A stretch of DNA of 32,000 nt from Promethearchaeia archaeon (GCA_046497275.1 JAWOFX010000054.1:60001-92000); one strand, 5' to 3'. Shown: positions 1 to 9,841, counted from the first letter of the stretch. The notes: a model not told the origin generated them from the letters alone. Translations and numbers: made by a program.

Positions 1-194
1 ATTTCAGATTCTTTATCTTCTATAGATGGTTCTTCAGGCTTAGTTTCCTTAATTTTTGGTGCTGGTTCTTCAGTCGACGATGGTTCAGTTTTTTCAATTT
101 GCGTTTCACTGGGGTTAATAATTTCAGATCCGCAGTTCTGACAGAATTTTTGATCTTCACTTTCTAATTTCGCTCCACACATTGGACAATACAT
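1..194 (-). CDS. Partial zinc-ribbon protein (N-terminal double CxxC followed by a Pro/Glu-rich low-complexity linker); runs off the window edge
   Basis: Manual translation from the ATG at 194: MYCPMCGAKLESEDQKFCQNCGSEIINPSETQIEKTEPSSTEEPAPKIKETKPEEP..., open to base 1. Not in the ORF track. Confidence 0.8.
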   Translation of the reverse strand, partial: MYCPMCGAKLESEDQKFCQNCGSEIINPSETQIEKTEPSSTEEPAPKIKETKPEEPSIEDKESE

Positions 195-365
195 TTGAGT
201 ATCACACTAGTTTTTTTAAAGTTCTGATTAATTCTAATTAAATTTAGATTTAATCTTTCTAATATTCTTATCTTAAAAAAGCTTTAATAAACCATTTTTT
301 GTTACTTAATTAAAAATTGTATTATAAATTATATTTCATGGAGTTAAAGGATAAAATTTATAGAT

Positions 366-1457
366 TTAAATTTTGAATTCTTGATCTATCTCTTTTTTCT
401 CATCTTCTGTAAATTTTTTCACTACTTTTGCAGGAGACCCTATTGCGATTGAATATGGTGGGATATCTTGAGTTACTACCGAATTTGCTCCAATAATAGA
501 TCCTTTACCTATTGTAACTCCTGGCATTATAAAAGAATATGCACCGATTCTAGCATTTTCACAGATTTTAATAGGAGCATAGCTAAAGGTTGTATGTCTT
601 AGTGTCATAGCATTATGAGTTATTAATTTCACTCCAATTCCACAACCACTTCCATCTTCGAATTCAATCAATTCAGGTAATAATGGATCAGGTACTGATC
701 TTTCTGAAATATGACAATTATCTCCAATCTTCATTCCTAAAAATTTAAATAAAATATTTCTAGCACGTGGCCATCCGGTTAGATAGGAAATGATTAATGA
801 TAATAAGTGATTAAATGCACCTTTGACAAACCAAGCTATTGAGAATCTTTCTTTTTGCAAATGGTTAGCTATTATTAACATCGGTATGGGAGTGAAAATA
901 TGCTGGTCGGTATATATATCTATATGCGTCATTTTTCCTTCAGTTCTTATTTCAAATTCAGGTTTTTCATGTTTCCATACATGACGGGCAGAAACCAAAT
1001 CTTTAAGAAACACGAAAAAATCGATGCTTACTAAAAATAAGATAACATTAAAACCGATATTGACAGGCATTAATAATAATAAGAACATAAATCTCGTATT
1101 CAAACTAATATCCTTATGAAACAAGATTCCAAAATATGCATAAGTTATTATTATAAAAGTTACAAGCACGATTCCGAAAAGACTAAATATATACATTATC
1201 GAACCGCTTAATTGTTTATTTTTTGCTATATTATATCCTAAGATAAATATTAGCATTAGAAGTACATATGTTATTAAAGTAATAGCATAGATATATAGTG
1301 AATAATCAAAAAAAAACAAGTAAAGAAGGGGAGCTATATTTTCATAAATTAAATCGATTATTGGAATATCAATAAAAATTCTATTAATTATAATTAAGAT
1401 TATGATAGATGCACTTAATAGTAGGAATAAAAAGGCAATTATGAAACTTTTTTTCAT
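366..1457 (-). CDS. Membrane-anchored hexapeptide-repeat (left-handed beta-helix) acyltransferase, probably a sugar O-acetyltransferase
   Basis: About 4 hydrophobic N-terminal segments, then MKIGDNCHIS...IKICENARIGAYSFIMPGVTIGKGSIIGANSVVTQDIPPYSIAIGSPAKVVK, typical LbH hexapeptide repeats and tail. Confidence 0.75.
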   Translation of the reverse strand: MKKSFIIAFLFLLLSASIIILIIINRIFIDIPIIDLIYENIAPLLYLFFFDYSLYIYAITLITYVLLMLIFILGYNIAKNKQLSGSIMYIFSLFGIVLVTFIIITYAYFGILFHKDISLNTRFMFLLLLMPVNIGFNVILFLVSIDFFVFLKDLVSARHVWKHEKPEFEIRTEGKMTHIDIYTDQHIFTPIPMLIIANHLQKERFSIAWFVKGAFNHLLSLIISYLTGWPRARNILFKFLGMKIGDNCHISERSVPDPLLPELIEFEDGSGCGIGVKLITHNAMTLRHTTFSYAPIKICENARIGAYSFIMPGVTIGKGSIIGANSVVTQDIPPYSIAIGSPAKVVKKFTEDEKKEIDQEFKI

Positions 1458-1582
1458 TTTTTTATTATTTAGTGATGTTAATTAAAATTTAGTTGAATTT
1501 AAAGAATAATAATTTAATAATAAATCTAATTTATTATTATTAAGATTAGCTTATTAAAGATTTATTTAATCTCAGAGAAATT

Positions 1583-2347
1583 ATGAATATGCAAATGGAA
1601 ATTGAGAACCCTAAAATTTCTGTTATAATACCGACTTATAATGAAGAAGAAAATATCAAAAGAACTTTATTAGCAATCAAAGATCAACAAACAAATATTC
1701 CTTATGAAATCCTTGTGAGTGATGGAGGGAGTACAGATAATACTGTGAAAATAGCTAGAAACTATGCTAAAGTTTATAACTCTCCCCAAAAAGGAAAAGT
1801 AAATCAATTAAATTATATTATTAAATATCTCAATAGTGATCTTTTCTTATTTTTAGACGCAGATACGCTTATTGATCCTTTTTTTATCCAAAAAATTTAT
1901 AATTTATTCGAGAAAGATGAGGAGCTTTTTGCTTGTAGCGCTCGTTACAAATATTATGACGGACAAGTTTTATCATTTAAAATGGGTTCATTAAAATTTA
2001 CTCTTACAGATTATTTTTTTCTAAACTTTTTATCACACACGTGGTATTTTTTTAAAGATCTATTTGGGTATCCAGAGCTATCAGGATGTAACATCGCGAT
2101 TCGCAAAAATGTATTACTTAAAGTAGGAAAATTTAAACAACCTCCAAATTCCTTAGGTATAGACAGAGTACTTTCAGAATCTGTTTTATATTATATTAAA
2201 AAAATCGGAAGAGGGAAAGTAAAAACGTTAAATTTCTTATCTGTACTAACAAGTGGAAGAAATTTAAGTACGCAGAGAAGTTTAAAACGCATTAATCAGT
2301 ATGTAAGGGAAAAAGAGACTTATCGTCAGTTAGTAAGATCAACATAA
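1583..2347 (+). CDS. Glycosyltransferase family 2
   Basis: ISVIIPTYNEE, SDGGSTDNT and FLDADT (DxD) motifs. Confidence 0.85.
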   Translation: MNMQMEIENPKISVIIPTYNEEENIKRTLLAIKDQQTNIPYEILVSDGGSTDNTVKIARNYAKVYNSPQKGKVNQLNYIIKYLNSDLFLFLDADTLIDPFFIQKIYNLFEKDEELFACSARYKYYDGQVLSFKMGSLKFTLTDYFFLNFLSHTWYFFKDLFGYPELSGCNIAIRKNVLLKVGKFKQPPNSLGIDRVLSESVLYYIKKIGRGKVKTLNFLSVLTSGRNLSTQRSLKRINQYVREKETYRQLVRST

Positions 2348-2393
2348 ATATTAATCATAAATTTTTACAAAAACTACAATCAATACTAATTTT

Positions 2394-3146
2394 ATGAAAA
2401 TTGCTCTCACTTTTGATGTGGAAAGAGATATTCCAAATCTTTTAGATACATATAATGGATTAGAAGTTGGTTTAGGAAAAATTATAGAAATCTTGGACAG
2501 ATTTGGAATTAAAGGAACGTTTTTTTGGAATGTTGACGCAGCACGGAAATTTCCAGATATTTTAAGATCTCTAACCCATAATGGTCATGAAATAGCTTCA
2601 CACGGTATGTATCATGAAAGATTAAAAAATTTAAAATTTGAAAAATGTAAAGAATTGATTTCTCAAAGTAAAAAAATTTTGGAAAATTTATCCAATTCAC
2701 AAATTTTCGGTTTTAGAGCTCCTTATTTGAAAGCTCCTAACTATTTATTTCAAGTTTTAGAAGAATCTGGATATAAATATGATTCTTCTTTAACCAAATT
2801 CAATAAAAATCAAGAAGATGATATACACAAATATCAAATTAAGGAATATCCTCCCTATAATTTTAATTTCTATTTTAGAATTTCTTTCTTAAATTTTATT
2901 TTAAAAAGAACACTTAAAAAACGCGAATTCACTGTATTATTCGCTCACCCTTGGGAGGCAATTGATATTAAGAAATTATTAAAGGAAAAAACAGACCGAA
3001 AAACTAGAATGAAAAATTTATTTTTAAGACCTGACAGATGGAAAAACACGGGCGAAGAATTTTTAATAAGATTTGAAAAATTCATTAAAGAATATATTTC
3101 TAAGGAATATAAATTTGTAATCTTAAAGCAAATCGATTGTATTTGA
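2394..3146 (+). CDS. Polysaccharide deacetylase (CE4/NodB family)
   Basis: LTFDVE, HEIASHGMYH, GFRAP, YDSS and HPWE motifs. Confidence 0.85.
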   Translation: MKIALTFDVERDIPNLLDTYNGLEVGLGKIIEILDRFGIKGTFFWNVDAARKFPDILRSLTHNGHEIASHGMYHERLKNLKFEKCKELISQSKKILENLSNSQIFGFRAPYLKAPNYLFQVLEESGYKYDSSLTKFNKNQEDDIHKYQIKEYPPYNFNFYFRISFLNFILKRTLKKREFTVLFAHPWEAIDIKKLLKEKTDRKTRMKNLFLRPDRWKNTGEEFLIRFEKFIKEYISKEYKFVILKQIDCI

Positions 3147-3278
3147 GTGAGAATATTTAAAAAATGAAGATTTTAAATAAATATCAACCTTTTATATGGG
3201 ATTAAGATTAATTTATATATCTTTTGGATAAAACAAAATATTAATAAAACCTTAAAATATCTTTAAAATATCATAAGC

Positions 3279-4037
3279 ATGAAAGTTATCATCTTAGCTG
3301 GTGGAAAAGGAACTAGATTAAGACCACAAACAAATAATATTCCAAAAGCACTTGTTAAAATTGGAAAACACCCTATTATTTGGCATATAATGAAATATTA
3401 CTCCCATTATGGTTTCAAGAAATTTATTATATGTCTTGGATATAAAGGGAAAGCCTTAAGAGATTATTTTTTAAATTACATTTATCAATTTAGTGATTTT
3501 ACTATAGATTTAAGGAGTTCTGATATCCACTTTCATAAGAAAACTAATGAAGATTGGAAAGTAACATTAGTAGATACAGGTTTGGAAACTACGAAAGGTG
3601 GAAGAATCAAACAAATTGAAAAATATTTAGATTCTGATATAAATTTACTAACTTATGCAGACGGTTTATCTAATATTAATATTAAAGAATTAGTAGACTT
3701 TCACAAAAGTCATAAAAGAATATTAACGATAACGGGAGTATCTCCTAATTCAAAATTTGGAAGGATTGTTGAAAAAGAAGGTAAGGTAATTAATTTTGAA
3801 GAAAAAGCAAGAAGTTCTCTGATTAATGGAGGATTTATGGTATTTAACAAAAAGCTATTAAATTACATAGATTTAGAGAGCGATCTTGAGAGAGACGTAT
3901 TCGATTATTTAGTAAATATAGGTGAATTAATGGTGTATAAACATAACGGAGAGTGGAAATGTATGGATACAGAAAAGGATTATTTAGAGTTAAATGAACT
4001 TTGGAATAATAAAGATGCGTTTTGGAGAATTTGGTAA
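3279..4037 (+). CDS. rfbF: Sugar-phosphate nucleotidyltransferase, glucose-1-phosphate cytidylyltransferase-like
   Basis: ILAGGKGTRL, PKALVKIG, WKVTLVDTGLETTKGGRIK, TYADG and HNGEWKCMDT match the RfbF pattern. Confidence 0.7.
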   Translation: MKVIILAGGKGTRLRPQTNNIPKALVKIGKHPIIWHIMKYYSHYGFKKFIICLGYKGKALRDYFLNYIYQFSDFTIDLRSSDIHFHKKTNEDWKVTLVDTGLETTKGGRIKQIEKYLDSDINLLTYADGLSNINIKELVDFHKSHKRILTITGVSPNSKFGRIVEKEGKVINFEEKARSSLINGGFMVFNKKLLNYIDLESDLERDVFDYLVNIGELMVYKHNGEWKCMDTEKDYLELNELWNNKDAFWRIW

Positions 4038-4179
4038 TTTAAAATATTTTTAAATTGATTTTAGAATGCTTAAAGCTGGAAAGTAAGAAACTGAATAAAG
4101 TATGCTATTCCATACGAATTACTAATAAATAAAAGGTCATAACATTTTTCTTATTATAAAAAAAATAGGTTTAATATCT

Positions 4180-4743
4180 GTGAATAGTCAAAATTATGAT
4201 CATTTTTTTAGATGTACAAAATGTCAAAAAAGAGGAGCGATATTTTTATTAAAAGTTAATAATAATCAGATCATTATAAAACAGAGATGTCCTCAGCACG
4301 GGGCAAGAAGTTTTAAAGTTCCATTAATAAAATTAGCGGAATATATAGAGTTAATTAAAGATTCAATCTTTCGATGCTATAAGTGCGGGGAAAAAACAAC
4401 TTTACAGAATATCAAATTTAGTGGACCATGGGCATTATTAAAAGGGTATTGTCCCACTCACAAAGATGGATTACCTGTCCAAAAGATTTGGAGTGCGATC
4501 TATATTACAGCGACTGAAATAGATATTGGCAACATTAAGAATATTATAATTTCTGAAAATCAAGAAGAATATCAACATAAAGAAAATAATATCGATAATT
4601 ATCATTCTAAATCTCTAGGAAATACTAAGAATGTTTCAAATCCAGAATCCAATATCCCAGAAATAAAGTTTTGTGCGAATTGCGGTACGAAAATAAGGGG
4701 TGAAGAACGTTATTGCTCTGTATGTGGTTCTAAAATTCGTTAA
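4180..4743 (+). CDS. Cys/His-rich metal-binding protein: two CxxC-x21-CxxH repeats plus a C-terminal CxxC-x10-CxxC zinc ribbon (paralogue 1)
   Basis: CTKC...CPQH, CYKC...CPTH, CANC...CSVC; GTG start; alignable along the N-terminal ~105 aa with 5202-5765. Confidence 0.75.
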   Translation: MNSQNYDHFFRCTKCQKRGAIFLLKVNNNQIIIKQRCPQHGARSFKVPLIKLAEYIELIKDSIFRCYKCGEKTTLQNIKFSGPWALLKGYCPTHKDGLPVQKIWSAIYITATEIDIGNIKNIIISENQEEYQHKENNIDNYHSKSLGNTKNVSNPESNIPEIKFCANCGTKIRGEERYCSVCGSKIR

Positions 4744-5201
4744 TCTCTATATTAATTTTAAAGTTAAGGATTGATGATTTAGAATAAATTAGCTTTATAA
4801 CGAATTTAGTGAATAAAAAAACACAATTTTAATAAGAAAGAGTAATCTTACACTGAACTTGAAGATTGAAAAGAGATTTTTTCTTTTTTATCTCTAATAA
4901 ATCCTTCTTAACATAAAGAATTTATATTAGATTGTTTTAAGAAATAATCTAATCTTATATGCATTCTTTATAAAACAAAATATTTAAATTCCTTAAACAG
5001 ATAAAAAAAGAATTTTAAATTAAACTCACTTGGAAATCAATAAAACGCGTTTTGGAAAATTTAGCTAATAATATTTCAATATATTTTAAATATACTTAAG
5101 GTAAAAACCAACAATAGAATAAATAGTTCTATTCTATACGAAATAGTAACAAATATAAGATGAATTTTTCTTATTTTTAATAAAAAGAAGGATTAATTTC
5201 T

Positions 5202-5765
5202 ATGTCAAATCAAGATTATAGCCAAGTTTTTAAATGCCCTGAATGTGGGACTGTTGGATCTATATATCTTTTAAAGGTAGATGGTGAAGATATAATAATA
5301 AAGCAGAGATGTCCCACACATGGAGGAAGAAGTTTTAAAATTTTATTAAGAAATTTAGACAAATATCTTCCTTATATAAATGACTCAATTTTCAGGTGCT
5401 ATGAATGTGGTAAAAAAGCCGATTTAGACCGACTTATCTTTACTGGACCATTTGCAAAATTAAGTGTTATATGTCCAACACACCAAAATAAGTTACCAGA
5501 CCAAAAAATTTGGAGTTTAGTTTATATGCTTGCAAAAGATATGATAACAAAGGAAGATGATGGCAACAATTTAGAAAAAGAAGACAACATTGAAGCCACC
5601 TCTGAGATAATAAAAGATAATGAAGAAATTATTAATACAGAAACAACTGAAAATCAAGAAATTATAAACAATTCTCTCTCTGATATGAAATTTTGTCCAA
5701 ATTGTGGTACGAAAATAACGGGGGAAGAAATTTATTGTGCTGGATGCGGCACCAAATTAATTTAG
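5202..5765 (+). CDS. Cys/His-rich metal-binding protein (paralogue 2)
   Basis: CPEC...CPTH, CYEC...CPTH, acidic linker, CPNC...CAGC. Confidence 0.78.
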   Translation: MSNQDYSQVFKCPECGTVGSIYLLKVDGEDIIIKQRCPTHGGRSFKILLRNLDKYLPYINDSIFRCYECGKKADLDRLIFTGPFAKLSVICPTHQNKLPDQKIWSLVYMLAKDMITKEDDGNNLEKEDNIEATSEIIKDNEEIINTETTENQEIINNSLSDMKFCPNCGTKITGEEIYCAGCGTKLI

Positions 5766-5905
5766 TCTATTTATATAAGAAATGTTATAAAAAATCAACT
5801 TTTTATTTTCATTTTTCTATAAACTGATAATATTTTTTAAAGAAAAACATTCATTAGATCATAAAGCTCTTAAAAAATTAGCATTAATCTTAAAAAGAAG
5901 AAATA

Positions 5906-7066
5906 ATGGATAACAATATAAAAGATCTAATTGATGAGGTGGAAAAGGAGAATGCTACACGTGCTCAAATGGAACATGAGAATAAATATCTTAAGGAAGA
6001 AATAAAGAGATTAAAGTTTACCATAAAAGAGCAGAGTATGATAATTGAGGATCAAGAAAAGAAAATTAGAAAGCAGAACATTATTCCCGATGATATTGAA
6101 ATCTTAAAGGAGATTATTCAAAAGCAACGAGAAAACTTGGAGAAAAAGAGCAGAAATATAGATAATCTTAAATTTAATATAGATAATTTAATAAATGAGC
6201 TCCAAGAACTAAGAAGGGAATCATCAGATAAGGTTTCTAAGGATGATTTGATTAGTGCTAACAGTAGAATTGAGGAATTAAAAGATATAAATTCTAAACA
6301 ATCAATAGAAATTAGTAAATTAAAATCTGAAATCGCTATTTTAGAAGAAAGACCCCAGCAAGATTTAATAAAGGATCAATTAACTAAGGCGGAAACAAGA
6401 ATAAAACAATTAGAAAGTAGAAATGAAGATTTAATTGCTCAAATAAACTATTTTCAAGATGAATTAGATAAATCCACTCTAACAATCAAATCAATTAACC
6501 AAACGAGAAATCAATTGTTAGATGAAATTCAATCATATAAAGAAAAGATAAAAGATTTGAACTCCGAAATTGAGTCAATGAAATCAGAAGTGAAAACAAG
6601 AGAACTCAAAAATAAGGAATTAGGAGAAATGAAAGAAAATTTAAATGAAAGAATAGAGAAATTAATTGACGTTTCTAAAGACTTTAAATATAAGTCTAAT
6701 TATAATCTTAGTTATCACCCTCTTGACAGATATTCTCCAATTCAATTAATAGAAAGATCCCTCAATTTAATGAATGAAGAAAATAAACAAAAAATAATTA
6801 ATTCTTTAATATCCGATTTATCTCATTCTAATTTAGAAATCAGAACTCTCGCGGTAATCATTTTGGGTATAGTGCGTTCTGATGCAGCTTTTAATGCATT
6901 AATAAAATTGAAGAATGATGATAATTGGATTGTTCGATATTATCTAGTTAAAACTTTAAGTAGATATGGTCAAAGGGAAGGATTAAGGGAAATAATGGTA
7001 GAGTTTTTAAAAGATAAAGATATCGATGTAAGGGAATTAGCCTTTTCTTACTTTAATAAGTTTTAA
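5906..7066 (+). CDS. Long coiled-coil protein with C-terminal HEAT-like repeats
   Basis: E/K/Q-rich heptad character over ~260 aa, then IRTLAVIILG, WIVRYYLVKTLSRYG and DVRELA helical repeats. Confidence 0.7.
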   Translation: MDNNIKDLIDEVEKENATRAQMEHENKYLKEEIKRLKFTIKEQSMIIEDQEKKIRKQNIIPDDIEILKEIIQKQRENLEKKSRNIDNLKFNIDNLINELQELRRESSDKVSKDDLISANSRIEELKDINSKQSIEISKLKSEIAILEERPQQDLIKDQLTKAETRIKQLESRNEDLIAQINYFQDELDKSTLTIKSINQTRNQLLDEIQSYKEKIKDLNSEIESMKSEVKTRELKNKELGEMKENLNERIEKLIDVSKDFKYKSNYNLSYHPLDRYSPIQLIERSLNLMNEENKQKIINSLISDLSHSNLEIRTLAVIILGIVRSDAAFNALIKLKNDDNWIVRYYLVKTLSRYGQREGLREIMVEFLKDKDIDVRELAFSYFNKF

Positions 7067-7158
7067 TTATCTAACATATAAAAAAAATTTTAAATAAAAT
7101 TTGATTATTTTATAAAAAAAGGCCAAAAATTTTTTTAAATTTTGGTTGTTCAAAATTA

Positions 7159-7434
7159 ATGATTATGAGAGATTTTCCAACCAATCGATGGAATTGGTCA
7201 GATGAGTTAGGAAAGTGGGTATATGCTGAAAGGGATCAAGATGGTAATATTAAATATACCTATCAAGTTAAACCTCCAAAGGAGTTTCTAATCCTAACTG
7301 AAAAATTAGAAGAGATGAATAAAAAATTAATGATCGCTAAAGATGCAGAAGAGAAAATGGAGATTTTTGAACAATTAATGGAAATTTCTAAGGAAATGAA
7401 CAACATGCGCAAAAAAAAGAATGATTCATCTTAG
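7159..7434 (+). CDS. Small hypothetical protein (Trp-rich N-terminus, helical C-terminus)
   Basis: 91-aa ORF with protein-like composition between AT-rich spacers; no recognised motif. Confidence 0.6.
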   Translation: MIMRDFPTNRWNWSDELGKWVYAERDQDGNIKYTYQVKPPKEFLILTEKLEEMNKKLMIAKDAEEKMEIFEQLMEISKEMNNMRKKKNDSS

Positions 7435-7620
7435 CCTTTCTGTTTTTTTAAGCAATATATGAGTTAAATAAATCATAATAATATAAAATTATGAGATATA
7501 AATTAATTTCTTAAAATCGTTATAAAATCCTTATAGATTTAATTGAGAATTATTAAATTGAAAGATAAATATTTAATTTATTTAAAACTCTACCTCAACT
7601 AATAATATTAGGTTATTCAA

Positions 7621-8424
7621 ATGAAAATCGCGGTATCTGGAAAAGGAGGAGTTGGCAAAACTCTTATTGCTGGAACATTAGCTAGATTATTTGCTAAAGA
7701 TGGTTATAATGTTTTAGCTATTGATAATGATTCTGCTATGAATTTAAGCTATACTCTTGGTATTGATCCCGAAGTCAAGAAAGATATAATACCAATTTCA
7801 GAGATGAAAGAGTTGGTAAAGGAAAGAACTGAAGTAAAAGGAGGAGGACCAGGAGTGTATAATATAAATCCTAGGGTTTCAGATATACCAGATAGATTTA
7901 AGGTTTCAGGTCCAGATAATCTGGAATTACTCGTTTTAGGCGGAATAGAAGAGCCTGCTACAGGATGTTTGTGTCCTGAAAATGCTCTTATCAGAACTTT
8001 ACTTCATAATTTATTCGTTAAGAGGGATGAAGTAATTATAGTAGATTTTGAGGCGGGATTAGAGCATTTGGGAAGAGGTACTGCTAAGGGTATAGATGTA
8101 ATGTTGGTGATTACGGAACCATCGCAAAAATCTCTGGATTTAAGCAAAAAAATAATTAATCTATCTAAAAAATTAGGAATTATTAATATATATTTGGTGG
8201 CAAATAAGGTTATAGATGATTCACAAGAGGAGATAATAAATAAAAGGACACAAAATTGGGAAGTTCCACTATATCATTCAGTTCCATATGATATAGAGAT
8301 AGGAAAAGCAGACCTAAATGGAGAACCTCCGTTAGATTTTAATTCCGATTCGAAAGCAGTACAATGTATCAAAACGCTATATCTAAAATTAAAACAATTA
8401 AAAGAAGAACTTTTTGATCTGTAG
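7621..8424 (+). CDS. cooC: CooC/AcsF-type nickel-insertion ATPase (MinD/Mrp-like)
   Basis: Deviant Walker A SGKGGVGKT, AIDND, metal-binding GCLCPEN, VDFEAGLEHLGRGTA. Confidence 0.85.
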   Translation: MKIAVSGKGGVGKTLIAGTLARLFAKDGYNVLAIDNDSAMNLSYTLGIDPEVKKDIIPISEMKELVKERTEVKGGGPGVYNINPRVSDIPDRFKVSGPDNLELLVLGGIEEPATGCLCPENALIRTLLHNLFVKRDEVIIVDFEAGLEHLGRGTAKGIDVMLVITEPSQKSLDLSKKIINLSKKLGIINIYLVANKVIDDSQEEIINKRTQNWEVPLYHSVPYDIEIGKADLNGEPPLDFNSDSKAVQCIKTLYLKLKQLKEELFDL

Positions 8425-8457
8425 GAATAAAAAGATCCTTTATTTTAATAAAAAAAT

Positions 8458-8706
8458 CTAAACTATATCTTTTAGATCTAAATCTAATTCTTCAGACATT
8501 TCTTCCCATTGAGAAATTGCTTCCATTGCTTGATCTTCATTCATAATCTCGATCGCGTATCCCGCGTGGACAATTACATATTTTCCTTTTTCAACATTTT
8601 GTACTAAAGCAATTATTACATTCTGTTTTATCCCATCAAAATCTACAGTTGCACTATTACCATCGGGAGAAATATCGATAATCTTTCCTGGTATTGCTAA
8701 ACACAT
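8458..8706 (-). CDS. hypC: Hydrogenase maturation chaperone HypC
   Basis: N-terminal MCLAIPGKI and YVIVHAGYAI. Confidence 0.95.
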   Translation of the reverse strand: MCLAIPGKIIDISPDGNSATVDFDGIKQNVIIALVQNVEKGKYVIVHAGYAIEIMNEDQAMEAISQWEEMSEELDLDLKDIV

Positions 8707-8823
8707 TATAATTTAAACTAATACGTTTATTAAGAAGAATAGTGGCGGACTAAAAATAAAATTACTGATTATATCTACAAAATACATAATTTTTAAAAAG
8801 AGATATCTTTGAAAATCTTCTTT

Positions 8824-9630
8824 TTATTGAGAATTATCTTGTGTTTGCTTCGAATAGTAATTAATTATATCGTTTAACCAATTAACAATATTCTTCTTAG
8901 ACAGAAATTCTATATTATTTCTCAATCTTATTAATTCTGTAAGAATGAAAGAGGGATCTAATGGTCTCTTATGTTCTACAATTTCGAATAAGTACTCATT
9001 TGTTTTGTTAATCAAATTTTTAACATCTTCCGAATTCACTTTGAAATCTAAATACTCCATACTCTCAAGTTTAGAGATTAGATTGATTAAATTAAAAATT
9101 GCACTCGTTTCATTTGATTTAAACCAATTCTCTAAATGAAAATTTGTGGTAGGAAATTCAAATTTAGGAAGGACTTCTTCATAAGAATTATTGATTTTAA
9201 TTATTGATTTAATGTTTTTGAATAGGAAAGAGGGACACCACGCATATAGTTGCTTAATTACATTAAAATCTTCCATTTCGGAACTAAAAATTATTTTATG
9301 ATTTGTTTTTAAGAATCCAAAGGGAATAAGACATAAATAAAAATTTTCATTCGAAATAAAAAATTTTCTTGGTATTGTAAAATTTAACTGATGTTCTACG
9401 TCAATTGGATTATTCAATAAATCAAAATTTAGAGAATCAGAAATATTATATATATAAGAAAGCAACCCTTCAAATCCATTTATCTCTATTCTTAATAAGA
9501 ATTTTTTTGAGGATATGTCCAATTCTGAACTTGATTTCGATTTAAACTTCAAATTAAGTATTAAATGAGAATAATTTTCTAAATTTGGAAATAACCAAGG
9601 AACACTATTAGATATATCTTTAGCTATCAT
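8824..9630 (-). CDS. Hypothetical protein
   Basis: 268-aa ORF in very AT-rich DNA; no recognisable motif. Confidence 0.55.
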   Translation of the reverse strand: MIAKDISNSVPWLFPNLENYSHLILNLKFKSKSSSELDISSKKFLLRIEINGFEGLLSYIYNISDSLNFDLLNNPIDVEHQLNFTIPRKFFISNENFYLCLIPFGFLKTNHKIIFSSEMEDFNVIKQLYAWCPSFLFKNIKSIIKINNSYEEVLPKFEFPTTNFHLENWFKSNETSAIFNLINLISKLESMEYLDFKVNSEDVKNLINKTNEYLFEIVEHKRPLDPSFILTELIRLRNNIEFLSKKNIVNWLNDIINYYSKQTQDNSQ

Positions 9631-9841
9631 TTCGCCATCAATGACTATATTATCTTTTCAAATCTTTCAATCTTTATATCAAGATTTCTTATCGAATTTT
9701 AAGATAAAAATTGATAATATGATATTTAAACTTTATACTAATATAAAAATTAATTTCCTAATCTATGTTTTCTAGATATTTGATTTAGTAAATTTGAGAT
9801 TATGATACTTTAATTCCATAGAATCAACTCCATCATTGACC

